From assembly GCA_907165135.1 (NCBI GenBank), contig OU015566.1, positions 2,976,001-3,040,000 of the forward strand: a stretch of DNA of 64,000 nucleotides, in the 5' to 3' direction. The notes beneath the pieces were generated by a model. That model did no database searches. It worked only from the letters and a program-made list of their open reading frames with translations, and had not been told where the DNA came from. The translations under genes and the position numbers were made by a program. Origin of the DNA: Oikopleura dioica (lineage: Eukaryota; Animalia; Chordata). This document shows, piece by piece, positions 37,873 through 48,306 of the stretch (the first letter of the stretch is position 1; each line of letters begins with the position of its first letter).

Positions 37873-38128
37873 TATTGGGATCTTAGATTCGTTAGACTCC
37901 CTCGTCCCCTAAGGTCACTTGCTTATCTAGATCGAGCTTTGCTCGGTCGCCGCCGTGTATTTCTCTTCATTCGGTAATTCACGCAGTTCGTGAATTAACC
38001 TCTATTTTACTCCAGCTCGAAATACAGACGTCAAAGATACTTTACTCGTTTTCTTCACTCGTCCAGATATAGAGAGCAGGCAAACTACGCTAGAAGTGGG
38101 AGATTCAGCAGAAGCTAGGATCCCTTCA
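37873..38128 (+). repeat. 5' LTR
   Basis: TATTGGGATC...GATCCCTTCA; I found no difference from 44099-44354 by eye. Confidence 0.97.
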
Positions 38129-38639
38129 GTGGTATCAGAGTAGTCCCGTTGGAGAAAAGATAAATTTTTCCGCCATCGACAACCGAAGTTTCGCAACTTG
38201 GACGCTGATTGGCCGTCAGCGGAGTCGAGGGGAACCGAATCACCAACCGCCACCGCGCCGCCGGAGAAACTCCACTCAGAGAATTTTCCGCACCACACCA
38301 ACACCACCCCGAGCGAGCGCCACCGCACGAGCGCCACCACGACCCACGCGCCGAAAGTCGCGCCCACGCAACCACGCACGCACGCCGGGGAAAACCTAAA
38401 ATACTGAGAAAAACATAATTCTTTCGCCACTTTTCACCAAAAATCGAGAGAAGTTTACGAAGAATCGACCCTTGGACCAGACCTTGAAATTTCGACAATC
38501 GCTGGACAGAGAAATCGTCGGGCGTTTGCGCAAAAGGCACCTCAGCTCATCATATTGCGACTTTTAGTCGCAGTATTTTCTGAGGGCCTGAAAGGTAATC
38601 CAAGGCCCATAAACCCTTACTGCCGATATATTTCGAGCT

Positions 38640-39572
38640 ATGGCGGCGAACAAATCACTGCTAGAAACCGTCACCGAAATAAGAAGCATAAACGATCGAG
38701 TAAACTACCTCGAAGAACAAGTGCGAAATGACGAATCACTAAAGCCAAGCCTAGAGCCCTTGATCACAGAAAGCAGAGTAAAATTAGAACAGCTCAGTAC
38801 AACGCTTCTTACCTGCGAGCTCGATCAAGGAAAAGACTCTACGAATGCGACAATGAGAGAAGAAGCATGGGTGGCCACTACCTGGTCTCGTCACGTCCAA
38901 GACTTGCCGAAGCTGGACGCCGCATGCAACACATCTTTCAACACCTTCTTGGGCAGAGCCGACATTTATCACCGCGCCTACGTCCGCGACAGACCTTCAC
39001 GTGAACAGCCTTTCATCGCAGCAGTGTACAGCCACTTCGACTTGAACATCGAACGCTCACTTGGAACCGAATTTCTGAATTGTCAAGACTGGAAATCGGC
39101 CAAGGCGCTGCTAGAGAAATCATTCGCCGCGAAGAGTCACTACTTACTGAAGCTAAGCGAAGTTTTCGACGTCGAATACGACCATTCGAAGCCGTTTGCA
39201 CACTACACCGCCAACGTCTTGCAAAAGATGAACGAGGCGAAGCAAGCGACTTTGAACTCTTACCGACAAGAGAAGTCAGCCGACGCCGGGGTCGATGAAA
39301 TATTTGACATATTCTCGACGATGATGCTGTACTTGAATCTTAGGAAAGAAGAACCAGACGTTTTCAACGCAATCCTTCCAAGCCTATCAAAAGTTTACGA
39401 TATCAACGAACTCTGCCGTCTCGCCCAATCCACAAGACAGAATCGAGTTGACAGCGCGACCGTCTCCCAGCACTTCAACAGAAATAAGAACAAAAGAAGA
39501 AGAATGCTAAGCGCGCCAGCAACGATTCTAAGGATGGGAAAGACGATAAACAACCAGAATCCAAGAAGATAA
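38640..39572 (+). CDS. gag: Retrotransposon Gag
   Basis: 310-aa ORF after the PBS with an N-terminal coiled coil; no CCHC knuckle seen. Confidence 0.85.
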   Translation: MAANKSLLETVTEIRSINDRVNYLEEQVRNDESLKPSLEPLITESRVKLEQLSTTLLTCELDQGKDSTNATMREEAWVATTWSRHVQDLPKLDAACNTSFNTFLGRADIYHRAYVRDRPSREQPFIAAVYSHFDLNIERSLGTEFLNCQDWKSAKALLEKSFAAKSHYLLKLSEVFDVEYDHSKPFAHYTANVLQKMNEAKQATLNSYRQEKSADAGVDEIFDIFSTMMLYLNLRKEEPDVFNAILPSLSKVYDINELCRLAQSTRQNRVDSATVSQHFNRNKNKRRRMLSAPATILRMGKTINNQNPRR

Positions 39573-42500
39573 ATACGACTAAGAACGTTGAAGATTTCCA
39601 ACCATTCGACGTTCACTTTTACACAGTGAAGAAGAAGCGACCAGGAAAGGCTTATTTCGCTTCGGCTACCATCATTACGGGCTCTAAAAGTTTTGACGTA
39701 TCGATGGAAGTCGACAGCGGAGCCGAGTCCTCCTGTCTGTCCGCTGCTTACGTTCCCGACGAATTTCTCCAGATGCTGAAGCCCTGTCCCTTCAAGGTCA
39801 CCGGTTTCAGCCCAAATATTCCCGCCGAGCAGCCGATGGGTATCCTTCCCTGCCGCTTATCATTCAATGGTGGCCCTGCATTCTCCCTGAATCTCACCAT
39901 TATGCCAGGCAGTAAATACCCAAGTCTACTGGGCCGCGATATACTAGAGAATGCGATGACGGACAGCTTCACAGTCGACAATAAGAATCGTACTCTCTCA
40001 TTTTGCTACAACGAAGCCTTCACACAAACTGAGACTCAAGTGGTGAAGCTGGACGGAGTGAAGCGGACCAAAATCAAGAAATACTTGACTACTAGATCAG
40101 CGGTCAAGGATAGCGATCGATCCCGCACTCAACCGCCACCAAAAGTCCCAAAGCTGGACGCACCTAACAAGAACGCAGCCAGGTGCCCCATTCAGCTAGC
40201 GAAGCAAAAACTCGGAATTACCCTACCAGCAAACGCCGACCCGGGGCAAAAGAAGGTGGTCGCCGAGCTGTGTTTGGATTTCGACGACAGATTCGGCTGC
40301 GACGGTCAAAAATGGGTGAATTCCCATTCGAGATCGAAATCCCGACTGATGGTACGAGTCGAAACATCAGTCAACACCCTATTCCGCAAGCTTTTCATGG
40401 CCAGGTCACTGATCACATCTCCGAACTGCTCGATACGAAAATAATAGAAGAGATCAAGGACCAGAAAGGGTTTAATAGCCCCGTTCTGCCAATCCCTAAG
40501 AAATCTGGGGAAATGCGCTTCTGCATCAACTACAAGAACAGCTTGAACAAATGCCTCTCCGACAAATCCGACCCATATCATCTTCCGAGCATGGAGGATA
40601 CGATCGCGAACATTGGACCGGGCAACAAGTATTTCGCCACAGTTGATTTGCGGAGCGGATATTGGCAGTGCCCTATTAAGAAAAGCGATAGGTATAAGAC
40701 TTCCTTCCAGTGGGGTGGGAAATCTTACGCCTTCTGCAGATTACCTTTCGGTTATCGATGCTCGGGGAATATATTCTCGCGCGTCGTAAACACGATTCTC
40801 GACTCAAGCCCCACCAGGAAGAAGATGCTTTCTTATATCGATGACATAGTATGTTTTGGGAAGTCTTTCAGCTGCTATTACAACACTCTCCGAAACCTAT
40901 TCATCGCGCTCCGCAAGTTTAACGCTAAACTCAAGGGCGAAAAGTGCTCTTTCCTACAATCAGAAGCTCACTTTTGGGCCGAATCATCAACGAAGAAGGA
41001 ATCAAACCGGACCCTGCGCAAGTCTCCGCCCTTCGTCAGATGAAACCCCCACGCTCCCAAAAGGAGTTAGCTTCATTAATCGGGTCATTGAATTGGATCC
41101 GAGGTTTTCTAGAAACAAAAATGGGCGAAGCTATTTCATCCGGTTGCTTCTCGAGCAGAATGAAACCCATAAACGATGTTCGAAATTCGGCGAACGAAAC
41201 AAATTGTTTCAAGTGGACCAAAGAAGCGGATTTGGCGCTCAAGGAAATTCAACGACGACTCTCCGAGACTCCTGTCATAAGCTTTCCTAACTTTGACGAG
41301 TCTTTTCACCTCTACACAGACGCGAGCCTGTACGCAGCGGGTGGTGTTCTGCTACAAGAGTATGGCGGGAGAGTGCACCTAGTAAGCGCGATTTCCCACA
41401 CCTTCAACAAAGCTGAAAGAAAATGGAACACTTCAGAAAAGGAAATGTTTAGCATTGTCTGGTGCTGCGAGCGACTGGAAAAGCTCCTGAAAGGTAGATT
41501 CTTTCAGATTCACACAGACCACAGATCTTTGATCTTCCTACACAAAAAGAAGTTCAAGAATTCTAAAATAAGCCGATGGCAAAGCCGATTGGAAGAATTC
41601 GATTTTCACATTGTCTACATCAAGGGATCAGAAAATCAATTCGCCGATTTTATGAGCCGCAGACCTGGCGAGGACGACAAATCACTTGGATACGACTCTG
41701 AGTTTCCCGTTGGTCGCGAGTACGAAATCGACAAGAATTCACCAGTACGTGTCTTCGTCCCTTTCTGGAACGAAAATCAGTTTCCGGAGAAAATCACTTT
41801 ATCAGAGGTGAAGATACATAAGGTAAACGTCAAGGCTATCGCGGCGCCAATGGAGATTCCGTTGGTGTCAGCGAATTATAATAACATTCTGGACTATCAA
41901 AGGGAGGACTCTGCTCTGAGTGCAATCATCACTTTTCTGGAATCTGGTAAGGAGCCACTGGACATAAAATCGCTGGTGAAGGACTCCGACCACCGACAAT
42001 CGTCTCTACTCAAGATGGAAAAAGCTCTGTTCCTGGATAACACTACCGGGTGCTTGATGTGTCAATTCAAATCTGGCGCGCGGGCGGTGGTACCGGAAGC
42101 GGTAAAAGTCACTTTCTCTTTCTAGCTCACGACTTGTCCGGTCATCTGGGCGAGCCGCGGACTTTAGAGCGATTAGAGGACGTTTGGTGGCCTTCATTTC
42201 AAGACGATGTTTCTAACTACGTCCACAGCTGCGTCCCTTGCCTACGCAGAAAAGGATCTGCTGGAACTCGTACCAAACCGCCACTTGGAACCCTTCGTCG
42301 TGGAAAAACAGCTGGCGAATCGATTCAGATCGATTTCGCTTGTATGCCTCCCGCTGGCGGATTCAAGTATTATTTGGTGGTGGCGGACACTTTCTCTCGC
42401 TACACTTGGTGCATTCCGACGCGGTCCGACACTGCTATCCGCGCTGCAAAAGCGCTCATCTACAAGGTCTTCCTTCCCATGGATTTCTTGCCGAAACATC

Positions 42501-43789
42501 TACACAGTGACAGAGGTACCCACTTCTGCGCAAGCGTGATTGACGAAATGTGTAAGCTTAACCAGATAAAACATACAATAAGTACCGCATTTCACCCTCA
42601 ATCAAACGCTTTCGCAGAAAGAGCGAATCGGACTATCAAAAACAGTCTATTCTGCATGGTCAACTCATCTTCCGGTCGAAAAACTTGGGCCGACTGCGTT
42701 CCCCACGTGATGCGCGCGCTCAATAGTGTGAAAAACAAAAGCACGAAAATTTCACCGCGAGAAGTTTGGTTTGGCCGAAAAAGTACTTTCACCCACTCTA
42801 CTGGCGCAGAAATGACAGCGGAAACACCTCAGGTGTTTGGTCTCAATGTTGGAGCTTTAGCGAAATCGGCGGAAGCCATTGTGAAAACTGCGATGGAAGC
42901 TGCTGACCGAGCCATGGAGCACAGGCTGAAAAACGAGCCTAAGCCGAGACCAATCCCCGCTGGCGCTGTCGTGTACATTAAGCGAGAAAACCTGACCGAC
43001 GCTAAAAGCAAGAAGGAACGCTGGGTAGGTCCCCTGAAAGCCGTTTCGAGCAACGACTGGGTCGTCATGGTCGAAGATAAAAAAGGACAACGTGATTTCA
43101 TCCATCGAGAACACGTGGTTCACGCCGCAGAACGAAATCACGACTTACGCTGGATTGATTACTACGAGGCCGAGTACGTATTCCCACATTTAACCGAAAT
43201 CGTTAAGTCGAAAGTCCCACAAAAATCGCCTGTTCCTACTTCCAAACCGATGGAAAAGTCCGGGTCGAAGTCGCATGGGGGGAGGAAATCTTCTCAGGTC
43301 GCGTCGACTCCGATGGTTGCTATGGAAAAACCGCCAAGATCATCTCTATCACCTATTTTGGAAAGTAGACGCCGATTGGACATGGAAAATCTGGGAGATA
43401 CAACCGCTACATCTATTTTGGACTCGTCGGTAGCTCCAGCCGAGCCGTCAGATCGCTGGTACTCTGGTGGTACTCTTTATGAAACTGCCGAGGACATGTC
43501 AGCTGATGCTACAGTGATTTCGGAGGTTGCTGCGCCCGACAATAGCCATATGTCAGTCGATAAACATAATTCAACAGTAGTTGAGGGCTCAGCAACTGAA
43601 AACAGCAAGAAAAGAACCCGTCCAAAGTCTTCACCAGATCGTCAATACTCAGCCGGCGCCGATCCGAATGCGACTTTAACCGAAGTTGGAGCAGCTCATC
43701 TCCCGAAACATACAAAACGAGCACACCGTGAAACGAGGCCCGTCGAACCTCTAAACATCGGCACAAACTCGGGTCAGTCATACGACTAA
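39490..43789 (+). CDS. pol: Retrotransposon Pol (protease, RT, RNase H, integrase), broken by -1 frameshifts as assembled
   Basis: VDSGA; VDLRSGYWQ, LPFG, YIDD; YTDAS, TDHRSL, ADFMSR; HDLSGH..CVPC, IDF, SDRGTHF, AERANRTIK, WVGPLKAV. Confidence 0.97.
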
Positions 43790-44098
43790 GCGCAAGTACT
43801 GCCCCACTCAGGTCCCCTATTCATCGACCGGGGCCTGAAAAGGTACGGAAATTATCACAGTTTACCGTCGCCGACGTATTTTGAGTTCTTCTACATGTGC
43901 AGCTACTCCTTCATGTCATCACCGCTCGGACATCACGAAAACTTCGCATCTGATTCAAGCTTTTTCCCAAAAAAGGGTTTTTTAACGCGAATCAGACTGC
44001 CTCGACGTTTCGAACCTGCCATGTTACTCATCTTACGCTTATACTCCTGCAAAAATCACACACTTTGGCCTTAGAGGACGTTTCAGTCTCATGGGGGG

Positions 44099-44354
44099 TA
44101 TTGGGATCTTAGATTCGTTAGACTCCCTCGTCCCCTAAGGTCACTTGCTTATCTAGATCGAGCTTTGCTCGGTCGCCGCCGTGTATTTCTCTTCATTCGG
44201 TAATTCACGCAGTTCGTGAATTAACCTCTATTTTACTCCAGCTCGAAATACAGACGTCAAAGATACTTTACTCGTTTTCTTCACTCGTCCAGATATAGAG
44301 AGCAGGCAAACTACGCTAGAAGTGGGAGATTCAGCAGAAGCTAGGATCCCTTCA
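44099..44354 (+). repeat. 3' LTR
   Basis: Direct copy of 37873-38128 at offset 6226. Confidence 0.97.
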
Positions 44355-44711
44355 TGAGCGACGATTCCTGGAGTTCGAAAGACGGTGAATTTCGGGTCGA
44401 GAACTCGGGCCTTGTCTTTCGATCGCATCGGCAGCATGTCCAGTTCTTTATCAACGACTGAGAGCATGATATTCAGGTCGATTTTGACGAGACTTACTGA
44501 GACAAAGTTGACCACAAAGACAGTGATACGTTTTCAGCGACCCTTCAGTATCATATTTGACAGGCGCAAACTTCTGTACTGCAAAGATCTTGGCATCTTG
44601 AGTGTATTCTTCTCGAGCACCGCGCTCCTGGTGCATTGCCAGGCCTCCAATACTTCCCGTCGCCATTTTTGATCAGCTGAAAGTTATGAAGTGAAATAGG
44701 GGTTAAGATAC

Positions 44712-44822
44712 GGCTTCGTAACCTGTGTATAAAAGCGGCTTTGACAGACAAATGATCTTATTGGCTTAAGTGTCTAGCTCGCTCAGAAACCTGAGTCAGG
44801 CCTTCTACACAGGTTGACTAGC
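44712..44822. repeat. CCTGASTCAGG-family palindromic repeat upstream of STEEP1
   Basis: AACCTGTGTA...CCTGAGTCAGG (44790-44800)...TACACAGGTT. Confidence 0.6.
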
Positions 44823-45217
44823 GAAAGATTGAGAGGCAAAAGCAGAAAACATGCGTTTTGAAAATTATAGTACGTTGGTTCATCAAAAATTGAAGAAGAA
44901 TAAAACAAAAGTAGATAAAGAAGGTCAGTAGAAACAAATGATAAAGAAAGGTAAGGAAAGTGCGTTTTTAAATCAAAAAGTTGGTACAAAATCAAACTTT
45001 TTCGGTGTTCTTTTAGCATTATTTTTGTTGGCGTAGAAGAAGGCAATCTGGTTAATAGAGATTATTCTAGATAACTGTCCGAATAATGGAATTCTTTTGA
45101 GGAATGCTGTTTTTAGAGTCGGTTAGTACAGAGAGAGAAAACATGAAGCAAAATTTCATTGAAACGAAATATACAGGCTTTGGAAATCAATTTGCTTCGA
45201 CGAAAAAATGACGACGA

Positions 45218-45934
45218 TCACATGATTTGACAGCCCTTTTTCTTTTTGTTCTTCTTTGGCTGCGGTGGCGGGTTTTTCAGCCTGTATTGGACCACTTCTC
45301 GGACGATCTTGAAACAAATGAGAGTTTGCTCAAGAGTAAGAGCGTACCTCAGTGAACAAATTCTCAACATTGAGGTTTGTTTTGGCAGAAGTAACGATGT
45401 AGCGCAAGTTTAGCTGGTTGCACATACTTCTGACGGCGTCTTCTTGGAATTGACGGTCTTCTTTGTCCGCTTTGTTGACCGCTATGATGATCGGTCCGTG
45501 CTTTCCTGAAAGAAAAATGAGATCTGACATTAATACTTTTTTCTTACTCTCTGAGGTTCGCTGAATTTCGTCAAAGAACTTCCTCACTTCGTCAAGAGAA
45601 GCTCTGCTGTCGAAGGAGCAGACAATGATGAATCCTTGGCCGCTTTTGTAATAGTTCTCGCGGAAGAGAGAGAACTCATCTTGACCAGCCGTGTCCAAGA
45701 TGCTCAGTTTGTATGTTTGACCGTCTACGTCGTGCCGTTTTACGTAGTTGTCCTGAGAAGAATTGAATGAAAAGATTGGTGCTGCCGAGCCCAGTTTCAG
45801 ACTCCTCTTACCTCCAGTGTGGGATCATATTCCTGCACAAAAACTTGTTGGTGAAACTGAACTGTTAGCGCTGATTTACCAACTCCCCCAGATCCGAGCA
45901 CTACTAAGCTCATGTCATTCTGCGGAGACGCCAT
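45218..45934 (-). CDS. Ras/Rap family small GTPase
   Basis: [33 protein letters not shown], polybasic tail KKNKKKKG and CaaX box CQIM. Confidence 0.93.
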
Positions 45935-45986
45935 TCTAGAGCGCGAAAAATATTGAAATTTTATAGGAAAATAATATTTCTTAAGA

Positions 45987-46862
45987 CTATCTAGGCAGCG
46001 GAGTGTACATGGGTCCCGATTGAATAGAAATAGTGCTGGTGCCGAATTCGGAGCCGAACAGAAAGTGGAAGTAAATGTTTGAAAAGACGATGATGTATTC
46101 GAAGAGCGCGAAGAAGGTGTAAACGAAATCGTTGCAGGTTGAATTGTGGTGGTGGTAGAGGAAAAGGGTGACGAATGTTGAGCTCAAGTGGAGCAGAAAT
46201 GTCCGTTTCCGCGATCGATATGCGCCGTGGCCAACGTTTACGCAGGAAAGCGCTAGAAAAGGGGGGAATTTAATGATGGAAGATGTCATTTGATGTCTTT
46301 GAATGTCTAAAGATGCCGAAAGACTTACCAGTAATCATGAATAAAGGAGAGGCAGAAAGAAAGGTGCCGAAAGAAATCGCATGGACAATAAACCACTCGT
46401 TCGATTGAACATACGTCAGGCCAATCAGCGCCAAAATGTCGAGGAAGTAAAAGAAATACATAAGATTCACGCGGCTTTTATTCCCGATGAGATGCAAGTG
46501 CTTCTGGCGGAAGTAAACTCTGAATATGAAGAGTTAAAAATGAACATTTTTGTTTCGACAATTACCCAAGAAATAATCGAGGAAAAGAATGTAGACCGAT
46601 TGCCGCTCTCCAGATGAATTCCATCGGCTGTCGATCTTGAAAAACTACATGATTGGGTGCCTTAGAATTGTGTCTAACCTGATATCATCATGGAAATCGA
46701 AGGGAGCAAATTATACGGGTGATGAGTTTTTCCATCTTTGACACACTGTGTGTTAACAGATCTTTCCCAATCCGTCCAAAGCGATAGAAATAAACAGGAA
46801 ATGAAAGCTAACGATGGACAGGCGACGCAGAACTTCCAAATAGAGAGGATTTCTGCTTTCAT
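45987..46862 (-). CDS. PGAP2: Post-GPI attachment to proteins factor 2
   Basis: [64 protein letters not shown]. Confidence 0.88.
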
Positions 46863-47314
46863 ACTTCTCTTTTTTTACTCTCTCATTCTAGTAAAAGAAA
46901 TATAAAGAATCATTCTATGAATTAAAATGAATTATTGATAAGAGTAAAGGAGATATCCTGACTCAGGGCATGCGTTCTGCAGCCTGTCTACAAAAACTTA
47001 CTGAAACTGAAAGGGTCAAAGTGGAAAGCCGCTTTTTCAAAAACTAACTTAGCGTCAACGGGTTACAAAACCCATCAGCCGAGAGGCGGCTTCGTCAATG
47101 CTATCCTCTCCATGCTCCCTCTATTATATAAATTTTGAAGACCCCGCTTCGCGACTTCGTTTTTATAAACTAGCGGCTTTTGATTTCAACTCTTTCAGAA
47201 TCCTTACTAAGGTCTTGTAGTTAAGATGCCGTGTCCAGAAGTTAGGTGAAACAGGTTAACAGTAAAAAATGCTTGGAAACAGAAACAAATGAATTGATTA
47301 AATATGAATTGTAT

Positions 47315-48180
47315 TTAAAAAGTAACAACAAGATTTTCATCACGAAATTCTTGCGAGCAGTAAGGACACAATTTCCTTGGCAGTTTTTTGGAGCACTCTT
47401 GGCAAAGCTGATGGCCGCAGGTTGAAAGCACCGTTCTCTTCCTTTCTTCTCGGTTGAAAAAGAGCTTGCAAATGCCGCACTCGAGTTCGAACTTGACGAG
47501 ATCGATGTTGTCGCGGACATAAGCGAGGAATGCTTCTTGGGTTTGGGCGGCGCTTTCGGGGATGTAGTCGAGCTTTGGAAGGGATTTTTTGCGAGAAGAG
47601 GAGCTTTCCTTCATGACTAGCGGCGGACAGTGGGAGAAAAGGGTTGATAGGGTCTGGCAGAGCTCGATTAGCGAACACTTGATGTTCCAGTTTTGGAGAT
47701 AGGGAGTAGAGATCTGAAGAAATGCGTCAATTTTGGACAACTTTAAAAGAAAAGGCGTGTATTTTTCAAACAAATGCTACCCAGCTTTACCAGAAATCTG
47801 AGTCAGGTTTCTGGAAAGGTTGCCAAGCAAAGGAGCAGATACAGCAATTGATATTTGTCAGATCAGAATTGATAACTTACATGACCGGTTCTAGCGACAT
47901 ACTCCGACGGTATTACTCTCATCCCGTCAGTGGGCACGACTTTTGCTAAGGGTGGGTCTTGTGGAAACGTCAGTGGAAGCAATATTTGAATCGAGTAGTT
48001 ATAGGTTTTTCCTTTGTATGGCGCTGGAATCGTCCCTTTGAGAACTGTATATTCGGCACCGCTTCTGTCGGTATTTGAATTGAATCGCTGGCTTGTTACT
48101 TCGAGATTCGGAAAATGGCGTTTGAGCGAGTCGAGCTGTTTCTTTTTCATGTGCTTCCAGCGATGACTTTCAAGGGACAT
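47315..48180 (-). CDS. TSG101-type UEV domain fused to a C-terminal RING finger (~232 aa)
   Basis: LKGTIPAPYKGKTYNYSIQILLPLTFPQDPP..PYLQNW; CGIC..CGHQLCQEC..CPYC. Intron 47714-47880 is phase 0. Confidence 0.85.
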
Positions 48181-48306
48181 GAAATCTGAATAATGAACAT
48201 TTTCGATGAATTTTCACTCCGAAATCCGGTATTGAAGAATATGAACTTTATTAAACATAAAACCCTATAAATTATCAGTCTGAGTTATCAAGCATCGCAA
48301 AACGAT

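Larger units (their letters stand above)
37873..44354 (+). mobile_element. Full-length Ty3/Gypsy LTR retrotransposon (6482 bp), no env-like ORF
   Basis: Two 256-bp LTRs, TSD TGAG (37869-37872 / 44355-44358), PBS TGGTATCAGAG at 38130, G6 tract before the 3' LTR, order PR-RT-RH-IN. Confidence 0.98.
37313..44666 (-). pseudogene. STEEP1: STING ER exit protein (CXorf56/STEEP1) orthologue, interrupted by an LTR retrotransposon
   Basis: 5' part YHCLCGQLCLI|VVDKELDMLPMRSKDKARVLD; 3' part YIKWKDGYEERTRHLCKRCELP and [33 protein letters not shown]. Removing the element and one TSD restores the frame. Confidence 0.92.

Noticed and set aside
38002-38540. ORFs in the retroelement leader and across the LTRs (also 44228-44515)
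   Set aside because: GC-rich untranslated leader or chimeric read-through from STEEP1 into the LTR; no domain signal.
43790-44098. env-like third ORF in the retrotransposon
   Set aside because: Only ~300 bp lie between the integrase stop and the 3' LTR, with no long ORF or TM segment.
44783-45046. 87-aa ORF between Ras and STEEP1
   Set aside because: AT-rich, TTG start, ends inside a CCTGAGTCAGG repeat; more likely 3' UTR or spacer.
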